A stretch of 64,000 nt of DNA from an uncultured bacterium (GTDB lineage Bacteria; JAGOEH01), in contig CAZWDO010000001.1 in the NCBI GenBank assembly GCA_964632485.1, positions 293,631 to 357,630 on the forward strand, in the 5' to 3' direction. Numbering within the stretch: position 1 is the first letter of the stretch; each line of letters starts with the position of its first letter. The position numbers and the translations under genes are program-made. Under the pieces are notes generated by a model that was not told where the DNA came from, did not search any database, and worked only from the letters and a program-made list of their open reading frames with translations. Shown one piece after another: positions 38,966 through 49,221 of the stretch.

Positions 38966-39475
38966 TTACAGCAGACTTTTCACCCGGTCGATGATTTCTA
39001 TCGTCAACCCAAAGAGAATTCCTCCCGAGATGCTGGCTGCCAACTCAGTCCGAAAACGCGCGGATCGTTCGGAAACTGTGCGGGAAATATAATATAACAG
39101 TAGAGAAAACAAAATAGAAGCAGCAAGGTAGATTAAAAGCATATAGGCCAAACTAAAGGTTTTATCCAAATATTTCAAAAACCAATTAACTCCAAAATAA
39201 ACTAAAGAAGCAAACGCACAAAAAAGGGTTTCCTTCAGATAAGTCATCCGATTCACTTTAGCAAGTTTGACGGGGATAAAAAAAAGGGTGATATAAGCCA
39301 CGATGGAAAAAACAACCAAAGCTGCCAGAAGTTTAATTCTGACAAGGTGTTCAAATGAGCTGGTATAGGTCTGCAAATTCACGCCGCCGGATCTGCCCTT
39401 AACCAGCAGATACAATAAAACAATTAAAACCAAAGCGCCGGCCATCAGAATCAGATCGCGCTTTTTTCGAGTCAT
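38966..39475 (-). CDS. Integral membrane protein (4-5 TM), hypothetical
   Basis: Hydrophobic 169-aa ORF lying in the same-strand gene string between the M20 peptidase and the MBL hydrolase. Confidence 0.5.
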   Translation of the reverse strand: MTRKKRDLILMAGALVLIVLLYLLVKGRSGGVNLQTYTSSFEHLVRIKLLAALVVFSIVAYITLFFIPVKLAKVNRMTYLKETLFCAFASLVYFGVNWFLKYLDKTFSLAYMLLIYLAASILFSLLLYYISRTVSERSARFRTELAASISGGILFGLTIEIIDRVKSLL

Positions 39476-39607
39476 GGCAAATCCTTTTTATAAATTTGAA
39501 AATAGTTCATAAAATTCGTCGCAGTTCCATTTCGCGCGCCCAATCATTCCGGACCCCCAGGCGCTTAATCTCCCTACGGGGGAGACTAAGCGACAAATCT
39601 ATAGGGT

Positions 39608-40846
39608 TCAAGCCAAAAGATCGATAGCGACTAAAGCCGTCATGTGGGCAAAATCAATCAGTTGCTTAATTTCAACCGATTCATTGGCCACGTGAAATGC
39701 ATTATCATCTCCCGGCCCCCATCCAACTGCAATAATTCCATTAAGGTTAAGGCTTTTGGCATAAGTGCCGCCGCCCATTCCAAAAGGTACGGGTTTGAAA
39801 CCGAGCATTTCAATGGCATTTTCCTGGATCGCTTTAACAACACGATTCTCAGGGTCGCATCCATGAGGATCATTCCAGGACATAACTTCAATTTTGAAGT
39901 TCCCCTGCTCGACCTTTTCCGTACATTGAGTTAATTGAGAAATAACTTTATCTTTAGTTATTCCAGGAACTGTGCGGATATCAATGTAAATCACGCAAGT
40001 ACCGGGGACAATGTTCGGCGCTGCCCCGCCATGAATTTCACCCAAATTCAAACTGGGATGTCCCAACATGGGATGGATTTCATAATCGAATTTGAGAATC
40101 TCCAATTGATTGACCAGCTTTGCCATCATATAGACAGCATTGATTCCCCGTTCCGGCGTAGCTCCATGGGCTTGTTTACCAAATGCCGTAATTTTAAACA
40201 CGGTCCGGCCCTTTTCTGCCACATCGATTTTCTCCATATTTTCACCAATATCGGGAATAATAGCAAACGTGGGATTGATAAGTTTTTCTTCCAGGAGATA
40301 CTTGATCCCATAATCAATGCCATCAGGGTCAGCGGCTTCTTCGTCCGACAGGGCCGCAATTTGCAATTGACCCGGCAATTGGGAAGCTACACCTGTTTTC
40401 TGCAGGATTTCCGCAGCAATTAAAATCGCAACCAGAGGTCCCTTGTTATCCAAAACCCCACGTCCAATTAGCTTACCATCCTTTTCCGTCACACTAAATG
40501 GGTCTGAGTCCCAACCTTCACCGGCGGGAACGATATCCATGTGCCCCGGCATAAGCAGCCGCTTACCATTCTCATTTTTGCCTAAATAGCCAATCAAATT
40601 GGGCCGGCCTTCCTGGCGGGCAAACGTTTTAAATGGAATATCCAAAGCATTCAATTCCCTCTGGATAACCGCCGCTACCCGATATTCTTCACCCCGAAAT
40701 TTCAGATAAGGATGTTCAGGAAGCTTTTCGCTCACAACATTGACCGTTTTTTCTTTCACTACTTCCCTGACCAGTTCGATCAGTTTTTGTTTAAGCTCAT
40801 CATAATGCGCCTGAAAATATTCATTGACACGCTGCTTGGCTTCCAT
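39608..40846 (-). CDS. M20-family metallopeptidase (ArgE/DapE/Cpg2-like)
   Basis: MPGHMDIVPAGEGW metal-binding motif and the dimerisation-domain pattern. The start is at 40846 (MEAKQRV) with a strong AAAGGAG Shine-Dalgarno site 5 nt upstream; the track start at 40864 contains that site. Confidence 0.85.
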   Translation of the reverse strand: MEAKQRVNEYFQAHYDELKQKLIELVREVVKEKTVNVVSEKLPEHPYLKFRGEEYRVAAVIQRELNALDIPFKTFARQEGRPNLIGYLGKNENGKRLLMPGHMDIVPAGEGWDSDPFSVTEKDGKLIGRGVLDNKGPLVAILIAAEILQKTGVASQLPGQLQIAALSDEEAADPDGIDYGIKYLLEEKLINPTFAIIPDIGENMEKIDVAEKGRTVFKITAFGKQAHGATPERGINAVYMMAKLVNQLEILKFDYEIHPMLGHPSLNLGEIHGGAAPNIVPGTCVIYIDIRTVPGITKDKVISQLTQCTEKVEQGNFKIEVMSWNDPHGCDPENRVVKAIQENAIEMLGFKPVPFGMGGGTYAKSLNLNGIIAVGWGPGDDNAFHVANESVEIKQLIDFAHMTALVAIDLLA

Positions 40847-41167
40847 AGAAACTCCTTTCGACAAAAATTGATACTAAAATAACACACGTCACCAAAACAA
40901 GTCTATAAAACCGTAATATTCGCATTGCCAACTCCCCCCAAAAAATACACGTCCAGAAAAAACACCTGTTTTAATCGATATTCTCGGTTCCAGATACCTG
41001 TTTTAGATTCCCGTCAACTTATTTAAAACGTTTTGGGCTGATTTAAATCATCTGTATCTATAATATGGTAATTTATTTTCAATGTCAATAAAAAAAACTT
41101 GCTTTTTCTTTTTTTTTAAATTATATATGAATAAAGTTAGTTAATAACATAAATCAGACAGGCGAAA

Positions 41168-42328
41168 ATGTTCAATGATTTAACTGGTAAAACCAAAGAC
41201 AAAGATCAAATTAAAACAATTCTCGAAAATGCCACTAATGTACATGTGAAGTGTGAACTCAAATGTGGTGAAAAAGTTGCCTATGGCATGCTTAACAGCA
41301 TTGAAGATAAGCAGATAATAATTTTCATAAAAGGATGTAATAAAGAGGATTTAAAAAAATGCGAGCTATTTTTCTTCTTATCCGGTTATCTGTTTGATTT
41401 TGAAACTGCCATCCAAGCCTTGGAAGATAATTTTTTCCATTTTTCTTTTCCTCCCAGACTTCATTACCGGCGGCGAGACAACCGGCTTGAATTCTCGCGG
41501 AGCGCTTCTTCCGATGATGAAGAACAACCTGTGTTTTGCGATATAAATAATCAGAGCCAATGCATAATTGGAAAACTTCTGGATTTAAGCAAACGGGGGA
41601 TTGGTTTTAAACCTGAAACAGCCTTTATTGATTTGAAATTAAAAAAAAATGACACCCTTTCAAATGTCTTTTTTTACCTTGATGAATCAAATATCATCAT
41701 TGAGGAATCTGTAATACGGAACATTAATAATCAAACCGTGGGACTTGAATTTACGAAAATCACCGATTTTTTCAAGAAAAAAATCAGTGATTTTATTATT
41801 ATTGAATTGCGCAAGCGTGATGAAGAGGAAAAACAAAAATTTCTAAGGGAAGCATTTCCTGAGCGTTATCGGAAACAACAGGAAAATTCCGAAAAATTAC
41901 TTTTTACAACACAAGTACCTTCAAAGGATATACCAACGGTTTATGATCCTAAATCTTATCGTGTTCTGGTCTTCGATTATAATCCCAATATTTATGAATT
42001 AATACAGCACACTTACCAAACGTATTACACCCGGGAACCGGACCAGGGACGGATCAATCTGATTAAAAATTCGCCCCATATCCTGCTTACTTCGCTTTAT
42101 CCCGCCAAATCCAATATGGATAAACTTAAATGGCTCAATTTAATTAACGAATCGAAAAGCCGTAAAGTACCCATTGTAATCATTTTTGAACAGATGCTGG
42201 AAAAAGAGAAAATCATCGCCGCTTTAAAAATGTTTGGCGCTTCGGATATAATCATCCGCAACATTATGACGCATAAAGAAACCGTATGCGAACGAATTGA
42301 CCGATTGCTTAAAAAAATATACCAATGA
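41168..42328 (+). CDS. PilZ-domain c-di-GMP receptor fused to a degenerate receiver-like C-terminal domain
   Basis: RRRDNRLEF (RxxxR) followed by DLSKRGIGF (DxSxxG) are the two PilZ c-di-GMP binding motifs. The C-terminal YRVLVFDYNPN...PIVIIFEQ resembles a REC fold lacking the phospho-acceptor context. Confidence 0.6.
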   Translation: MFNDLTGKTKDKDQIKTILENATNVHVKCELKCGEKVAYGMLNSIEDKQIIIFIKGCNKEDLKKCELFFFLSGYLFDFETAIQALEDNFFHFSFPPRLHYRRRDNRLEFSRSASSDDEEQPVFCDINNQSQCIIGKLLDLSKRGIGFKPETAFIDLKLKKNDTLSNVFFYLDESNIIIEESVIRNINNQTVGLEFTKITDFFKKKISDFIIIELRKRDEEEKQKFLREAFPERYRKQQENSEKLLFTTQVPSKDIPTVYDPKSYRVLVFDYNPNIYELIQHTYQTYYTREPDQGRINLIKNSPHILLTSLYPAKSNMDKLKWLNLINESKSRKVPIVIIFEQMLEKEKIIAALKMFGASDIIIRNIMTHKETVCERIDRLLKKIYQ

Positions 42329-42843
42329 GTTGTTATAAAATTTCTTTCTACCGGAAGATAGGGACCCAATTCCCACTTTTTAAATAATTGCAAGATATAA
42401 AATATAATTACAAAACCCAAAAAAACACTTGACTTTTTCAATAAATTTATTAAATTGTATAACATGAAAGATTTGATTTGGAAAAAATGCCGTCTTTACT
42501 ATTTGAGTAAAGGCTACTACATCTATATTCAGTTAAAGCGCAACATTAGTCTGTTGCGGGAAGCGCAGTTGGTAAAAGTGCAGGCTTTTACCGAATCATT
42601 CAGTCTCTAAGCTATTATTAATCCCTTTTTTACCATCTTCGTACATTCGATGACGCGTGAAAATTAGTAAAACGTTTAACAACTAAACGCGTAAATTTAT
42701 TAAATTCATACAATCATCGAAATAAAAATAAACCTTAATCGACCTTGATTGAAATGGGTTTAAGCATTTCATCACCCAGTCCAATCGATTTGAAACAACC
42801 GGTAACTTCCGTATCAAAATAGATATGAAAGGAATAAGATAAA

Positions 42844-43221
42844 ATGAACGCATTAGGACGTCAAATTTTAGTTGAGTTTTATGATTGCAATAGCGAGCGC
42901 TTGAATGATTGCCAGTATATCGGAGAAGAGATGGAAAAAGCAGTGATTGCCGCCAAGGCAACCGTTGTATCAAAAACATTTCATCATTTTTCACCCTTTG
43001 GAGTAAGCGGCGTCATTGTTATTGCCGAATCACACGTAGCTATTCATACCTGGCCGGAATATCAATATGCAGCCGTTGATATTTTCACTTGTGGTGAAAC
43101 AATCGACCCCTGGGTGATCCATGATCTGTTAAAAACCGCTTTTGAGAGCGGACATGCTTCGCAAATGGAAATCAAGCGGGGGATTTTTAATCTCGAACAC
43201 CTCGCGCATAAAGCCGCTTAA
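42844..43221 (+). CDS. speH: S-adenosylmethionine decarboxylase proenzyme (small SpeH/SpeD class)
   Basis: About 125 aa; VIAESHVAIHTWPE self-processing/pyruvoyl site motif. Confidence 0.88.
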   Translation: MNALGRQILVEFYDCNSERLNDCQYIGEEMEKAVIAAKATVVSKTFHHFSPFGVSGVIVIAESHVAIHTWPEYQYAAVDIFTCGETIDPWVIHDLLKTAFESGHASQMEIKRGIFNLEHLAHKAA

Positions 43222-43253
43222 TAAATTAATTTTTAAGGAAAGGACAAAAAAAA

Positions 43254-44086
43254 TGGAATTATGGTTTACCGATCATCATGGCGATACAGGTTTTAAAATT
43301 CGTCTTCAGGAGCAATTGGCGCATCGTAAAAGCCCCTGGCAAACAATTGATATTTTTGAAACCGCCAATGTTGGCCGAATTATGGTTATTGATGGAATTC
43401 TGATGTTAACCGAATGGGATGAATTCGTCTATCATGAAATGCTGACTAATATACCCGCGCAGATTATCCCCCAACTGGAACGGGTATTGATTATTGGCGG
43501 GGGCGACGGGGGTACGGCTCGTGAAATCCTTAAATACCCCCAGGTGAAGGAAGTGATACTGGTCGATATCGATGAAGAAGTCATCCGGGCGGCAAAAGAT
43601 TTCTTTCCGGGATTTGCTCCCGTCTTCAACGATCCGAGACTGAAGGTTCAATGCCAGGATGGAGCTCAATTTGTAAAAAAGTACGAGGACTATTTTGATC
43701 TTGTTATCATCGATTCCACCGACCCTATCGGACCGGGAGAAGTTCTTTTTACCGCCGAATTTTATAAGGATTGCGCCCGAACGTTGAAATCTCATGGAGT
43801 GTTAACCGCCCAATCCGAGTCACCGTTCGACAAGCGGTATCAGCAAACGATCCGCAATATCCAGACTAATTTACGTCAATCCTTTGAAGGTTCAACCATT
43901 TATCTGGGTTATATCCCCACCTATCCATGGGGATTGTGGGCTTTCGCCCTGGCCTGGAAAACGCCCCTTGACTATCGCCACCCGAGTGGGGAACGCCAAG
44001 TCCCGGAGGGCTTGAAATATTACACCCGCTCACTACATTCCGCCTGTTTCGAATTGCCCCCCTTCGTTCAGCAACTATTACCCTGA
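43254..44086 (+). CDS. speE: Spermidine synthase (aminopropyltransferase)
   Basis: VLIIGGGDGGTAREILK, VDIDEEV and DSTDPIGPGEVLFT motifs. The start is MELWFTD at 43254, just after the speH stop; the track ORF is over-extended upstream to 43142. Confidence 0.88.
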
Positions 44087-44605
44087 ACTCGACAATTAAA
44101 GGTTTTACAAACCAGAAATAAGTTAACCGATCGGGATAGCAATCTATCTAAAGCCGATCAATTATTATTATCTGACAGACCGGGCTCCTGAACAAGACCC
44201 GGTCTGATTATAGGTCAAAAAAACTAGCCGAATATATAGTTAATCCAAATTTACGAATTGTTTGGCAAGTTAGACCGGAATATAAAGATTAAAAAAATTA
44301 ATACTTTTTTCTTGATAATATTTTGATGATTCTGTATATTATAGCAGTAAATCATTGACAAAAGACTCAATTTTAACCTAAAAATTGCAGATAACAGATG
44401 ATAAACCGAGAAAACTCAGCCATTAAAATGGTCAGTAAGGGCCCTTGTATGGAGATGCGGTGTCCGAACTTAAAATTCTGATTGGTTATTGGGCAATGAA
44501 TTGGATTTTATCATCAGCGCGGATGAATCTCTTGAAATTTTTATTCAGATTATTGTCGTTTGTTTTAAGCCCTACTGAACAATCAGCTCTTATAGCGCCA
44601 AAAGG

Positions 44606-46663
44606 ATGATAATTATGTCAAAACGAATATTACAAGCGGCTATCTTTTTATTAATAATTATAGTCATTTGCGCAGCAATTTATAGTTTTTCCAAAAAACC
44701 ATCAACCGTAATTAAGAAAGCCGAACTCGTAGTTGATGATTCAAGCAGGGCCAGGGCTCCAAATCATAAACGTCGAATAGTTCACGTAAGTATCAATAAC
44801 TCTTGGCCTGATAGTTTTTTGGATAAGCAAGGAACTCCCCAAGGTCTGTTGATTGATATTCTTAATGAGATTGCTAACTATGAAAACTGGCAGTTGATTT
44901 ATATAATGGATGAATGGCAAACAGGATTAGAAAAACTAAAAAATTGTGAAGTAGAGCTTAAGGTTTCAATTGCCCTGACCAAAGAGCGGGATATGATTTT
45001 TGATTTTTCCGCAGAACCGGCTTATCTGGATTGGGCCAATGTGATTGTAAATGATTTAAATATTCAGAATATTCTGGATTTGAATAACCGAAAAGTGGCT
45101 ATCACACATCAAGGTTTTTTTCCAATGGAATTTCAAAATTTGTGCACTGGTTTTGGGATATCCCCTCAATTTATCCGGTTTCAAACCGATGAAGACATAT
45201 TAATGGCACTAGAAAGAAAACAGGTAGATGCAGGCGTTATTCCCCATGTATTTGCTGTTCTTAACGCCCATAAATATAATGTAAAGTTTAGTCCCATTGT
45301 ATTTTCTCCAATCGGAGTTTTTTTTGCTACACCAGAGGGAAAATACGGGGAGCTGTTGGAAACAATTGACCGGTATCTAATCATGTGGAAAAAAGATCAC
45401 GACTCCTTTTATTATGAAACTCTGGGAAAATGGATCTACTCCGAAAAGACACGCGCAATTGTCCCGCATTGGATACTTGTTTTCCTTGGGATCGGCGTTG
45501 GATTAGTTGCTTTTCTTTTTATTTGGGTAAGAATCTTGCGATATCAGGTTAAGCGAAGGACTTACGCTCTGCAGGAAAGTGAAAAAAGATTTTTTACACT
45601 CTTTGAAAACAGTCCGGCTTCTTTATGGGAGGAAGACTTCTCTGAAGTAAAATCATATCTTCAAAGCATAGAAAGCGAGATTGATAACAACATTGAACAC
45701 TATTTGACAATCCACCCGGAAGTTCTCGCGCAATGCGCAAAACGGGTTAAAATCATCGATGTCAATCAAGCTACTTTAAAACTTCATGGCGCAAAAACCA
45801 AGGAAGAATTGCTTGAAAACCTCAACACCACTTTCACTTCAGATTCATATCCGACATTCCAAAAAGAGATTATCGCTATTCAACATGGCATACATTATCT
45901 GGAAACAGAAGCTGTAGTTAAGACTCTCGACGGAATTGAACGTTATATTAACCTTCAGTGGCAGGTTTCTCCTCAACACAAGGAAACGCTCTCGAGAGTG
46001 TTAATTTCAATTACCGATATAACTGAACGCAAACTGACAGAAGATAAAAACAAAGCTCTTCTCATCGAAAAAGAACTCCTTCTGAAAGAAGTTCATCACC
46101 GCATCAAGAACAATATGTACACGATTAAGGGACTGCTTGCCATGCAGATAGATTCTGAAAACAATCCATCAGCTTATGCATCGTTAAAAGATGCCGAAAG
46201 TCGGGTACAAAGCATCATTATGTTGTACGACAGATTGCATTGCACTGATAATTACCGCGAATTATCAGTAAAAGCGTATCTTGAGCCACTCGCAGAAGAA
46301 ATCATTCACAGTTTTTCTAAGAACAGAAAGATTACACTAACCACTGAGATCGATGACTTTATTTTAAATCTTCAACAGTTGACTCCCCTTGGAATAATCA
46401 TCAATGAACTGCTGACCAATATGATGAAGCATGCGTTTATTGGCCAGAATAGGGGTACTATATTTATATCCGTGTCGTTAAGAGATAAAAATCTTAAAAT
46501 CGTATTACGGGATAACGGAGTTGGAATTCCCGAGTCAATCAGTTTTTCAAACCCAAGCGGCTTTGGAATGAAGATTGTAAGTATGCTCCTCGAACAGTTT
46601 AGAGGTAACATCCAGATTGAACGAGATAAAGGAACAAAATTTATTCTTGAATTTATTTTATAG
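44606..46663 (+). CDS. Sensor histidine kinase, HisKA_2/HWE-type, with a periplasmic solute-binding (SBP_bac_3-like) sensor, TM and PAS domains
   Basis: The EVHHRIKNNMYTIKGLL H-box is characteristic of HisKA_2; HATPase_c at the C-terminus; the N-terminal periplasmic domain resembles type 3 periplasmic binding proteins. Confidence 0.8.
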   Translation: MIIMSKRILQAAIFLLIIIVICAAIYSFSKKPSTVIKKAELVVDDSSRARAPNHKRRIVHVSINNSWPDSFLDKQGTPQGLLIDILNEIANYENWQLIYIMDEWQTGLEKLKNCEVELKVSIALTKERDMIFDFSAEPAYLDWANVIVNDLNIQNILDLNNRKVAITHQGFFPMEFQNLCTGFGISPQFIRFQTDEDILMALERKQVDAGVIPHVFAVLNAHKYNVKFSPIVFSPIGVFFATPEGKYGELLETIDRYLIMWKKDHDSFYYETLGKWIYSEKTRAIVPHWILVFLGIGVGLVAFLFIWVRILRYQVKRRTYALQESEKRFFTLFENSPASLWEEDFSEVKSYLQSIESEIDNNIEHYLTIHPEVLAQCAKRVKIIDVNQATLKLHGAKTKEELLENLNTTFTSDSYPTFQKEIIAIQHGIHYLETEAVVKTLDGIERYINLQWQVSPQHKETLSRVLISITDITERKLTEDKNKALLIEKELLLKEVHHRIKNNMYTIKGLLAMQIDSENNPSAYASLKDAESRVQSIIMLYDRLHCTDNYRELSVKAYLEPLAEEIIHSFSKNRKITLTTEIDDFILNLQQLTPLGIIINELLTNMMKHAFIGQNRGTIFISVSLRDKNLKIVLRDNGVGIPESISFSNPSGFGMKIVSMLLEQFRGNIQIERDKGTKFILEFIL

Positions 46664-46692
46664 TTAAAGAAACAGGATATGAACTTGAAGTT

Positions 46693-46765
<73 letters not shown>

Positions 46766-46874
46766 ACTTGAGCCTATAATATATGCTTTTTCAGATAAAA
46801 GTCAAGACATTTTTTTAATCTCTGCATTTTTTGTTCAGAAAAATTATAAATTTTCAACTTTAGGTAAAAGTTTC

Positions 46875-47540
46875 TCAATAGGGCTGGGTCCGCTTAATTA
46901 GTTGTTTTGAGTTTTTAGAAAAACCGGACTGGATTGCTTCCGCTGCCCGGGCGGCTTCGTCCTGAGTAGCAAATGGACCGGTATAAACTTCATACCATTT
47001 CCCGAAGTTGTCTTCATTTTGTCCCTCGACGATGCGGAAAAGAGCGGAATAACCTTTCGCTTTTGCCTGGCTGATCTGTTTTTTAGCGTAATATAGACCG
47101 CGAAATGAATTCAACCGGGCATACCAATATTCCCCGGTGGAAGAATGGCCCGAAAGCGCGGCTTCCTCAGGTTTGTCCGGAAGGTTGCCTCTTGAAGGTT
47201 TGGATTTAACAGATTCTGGTTTAGGTAGTTCGATCTCCTTTTGAGAAGTGGGAGCTTGATTTTCGCCGTCAAAAGCGGCTAAAGTATCGATTGATTCAAT
47301 CTGGTTAATGGGATCAAAGGAATCTATGCTATCGCTTTCTGAATTGATCAAGTCGGCAACGATGGTTACTGAATCAGTTTCCAGAGATTTATTAAGAGAA
47401 TCCTTGGCCATTTTAACCCAAAAAAAATATCCACCCAAAACAATAAGAGCTACGCAAATAAGCGCAAGGGTGATCAGAGGACCGATCCGATTGCCCCGCT
47501 TGGGTTCATCTTCCATGTAAAAATCTTTTTCTTCGGACAT
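46875..47540 (-). CDS. SPOR-domain protein (septal peptidoglycan binding), single-pass membrane
   Basis: N-terminal TM; a Pro/Ser-rich linker; a C-terminal SPOR fold (YWYARLNSFRGLYYAKKQISQAKAKGY...YEVYTGPFATQDEAARA). Confidence 0.75.
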   Translation of the reverse strand: MSEEKDFYMEDEPKRGNRIGPLITLALICVALIVLGGYFFWVKMAKDSLNKSLETDSVTIVADLINSESDSIDSFDPINQIESIDTLAAFDGENQAPTSQKEIELPKPESVKSKPSRGNLPDKPEEAALSGHSSTGEYWYARLNSFRGLYYAKKQISQAKAKGYSALFRIVEGQNEDNFGKWYEVYTGPFATQDEAARAAEAIQSGFSKNSKQLIKRTQPY

Positions 47541-47782
47541 TTAGACCTCCTTTGGTCATTCCTGGGCGATCAGGTGTTACATGTTAAATTTCTTATTAAA
47601 TTCAGGAAAACAAGGTTTCAATTAAAAATAATCATATTTAAAAAAAATGTCAATAAAAAAAATAATAAAAACTACTTGACAGATTGCTAAAAAAAAATTA
47701 TTATAGATAGTATGAGAAAAAGTCGATTTAGATTGCACTTATCAATAAAAAGTCTATTCAAATTTTTTAAAAGCAGGAGGCC

Positions 47783-49207
47783 ATGATGAGCTTTGTTAAA
47801 CGCGCTTATTGTATCATACTGATTATGATGCTGATACCCATGTTGTTGGCGGAATCTCCGCGGACCGCGTCGATTCGAATTTCCAGTTATCTGCGTTCGA
47901 CGCCCCTTATTCCATCATCACCGAAAAGCAATGTAATAAAAATAGTGAAAGCGAACCAACCCTGTTCCCTGGTTAAGTTTAATAAAGGGTGGTTCCTTTG
48001 CCGTTTTGAGGATGGCAGTGAAGGATGGGTTTACCGTAAACTTTTAAATTATTATGATTCTCAGAATCAGCCGATTGAAAACTTTGATCCGTATAAAGAT
48101 AGCGAATGGCATCCAACCAAAACCCCACAGCCTATCAAACAGACGACTCATCAAGTAAAGGAAGTAGACACCTCGACTCACGTTACTACAAAAACCCAGG
48201 AAAAACCTAAAAAACCGGTTTCCTCAAAACCAGCCCAAACCCAACCCGCGCAACAAACTCAGGTTGTAGCTACGCAATCGCCTGAAGCGCTCACTAAGGA
48301 AATTGCTTTTTCCGATTCGTTAATTAGAATCAATGAGCGGATTGATAGCATCAACAACACAATCGCATTGATGCAGAACAATCTGGATCAAAAATCATCA
48401 CAACTATCTGAAGTACTCGAAAGAATTAACCAAATCGAAGTCAATTATACAAATATTAATAAAAAAGTGGATTCTTTTACACCTTCCACCTCTAATACAT
48501 TACTTTGGATATTAATGGCGATTTTGATTATTTTAGTATTCATACTTTATACAAGTCTATCCAAAACCCGCCGTATCCTTGGCGCTCGTCAGGAAGAATC
48601 GCAAACAACAATTGAAAACCTTGAAACGAAAATAAAGAACTCCTATAAAAAAATGACGATTCTTTCCCGCAACGAATATCAGGAAATCAAAAGCGCTTTG
48701 TCATACCTTTCCCACATGGAAGATCGCTCAATCCAGGCTTTATTGAATGAAACAGAATCCAATAAAGGCAATGTGAAAAAGATGAGCAATGAGACCTTGT
48801 CCTATTTAAAATCCAAAGATATTTCCCAACGGTTGCGTGAGATTCTTAGTATATATACAGTAAATGAAAATACTGAAGCCCGCCAGAAAAAAGCGCTAAA
48901 ACTGATCCAGGATATGGAAACTGTTGTCGCGGAGGTTATCACCAACTTGAACAGTAGTGAACCATTTTCACGGACAGTAGAAAACTGGTTTAAGAACCTG
49001 GCAACGACGGCCGAAGGCATCACTAATCTTACCAATATCTTCCGGTCCAACTTGTTAAAAAACTATTATCAGTCATTTTTCCAGGCGACATCAGAAACCT
49101 ATCCGAGTGAAACCAGCAACATCCAGCAGCAAATTCAAAACAAAAATTGGCGACAGGCCCTGCATCTGTTTGAAAAATCTTTTAATGATAATTCTACGGT
49201 TAAATAA
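47783..49207 (+). CDS. Hypothetical secreted/membrane protein with an N-terminal SH3b-like domain, a low-complexity linker, coiled coil and one TM
   Basis: Signal peptide; SH3b-like block (NQPCSLVKFNKGWFLCRFEDGSEGWVYRKLL); a TM at about residue 240-260. Confidence 0.5.
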   Translation: MMSFVKRAYCIILIMMLIPMLLAESPRTASIRISSYLRSTPLIPSSPKSNVIKIVKANQPCSLVKFNKGWFLCRFEDGSEGWVYRKLLNYYDSQNQPIENFDPYKDSEWHPTKTPQPIKQTTHQVKEVDTSTHVTTKTQEKPKKPVSSKPAQTQPAQQTQVVATQSPEALTKEIAFSDSLIRINERIDSINNTIALMQNNLDQKSSQLSEVLERINQIEVNYTNINKKVDSFTPSTSNTLLWILMAILIILVFILYTSLSKTRRILGARQEESQTTIENLETKIKNSYKKMTILSRNEYQEIKSALSYLSHMEDRSIQALLNETESNKGNVKKMSNETLSYLKSKDISQRLREILSIYTVNENTEARQKKALKLIQDMETVVAEVITNLNSSEPFSRTVENWFKNLATTAEGITNLTNIFRSNLLKNYYQSFFQATSETYPSETSNIQQQIQNKNWRQALHLFEKSFNDNSTVK

Positions 49208-49221
49208 AAGGAGCCCATTTC

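Noticed and set aside
40865-41167. Sigma-70-like promoter TTGCTT-17bp-TATATA upstream of the PilZ gene (about 41098-41130)
   Set aside because: The match to E. coli consensus is plausible. However, if the organism is FCB-group-like, the housekeeping sigma recognises a different consensus (TTTG / TAnnTTTG), so the call cannot be supported without knowing the lineage.
42683-42994. 103-aa minus-strand ORF overlapping the speH start
   Set aside because: It overlaps a confidently identified AdoMet decarboxylase on the opposite strand and extends into AT-rich leader sequence. No motif, and composition typical of an antisense artefact.
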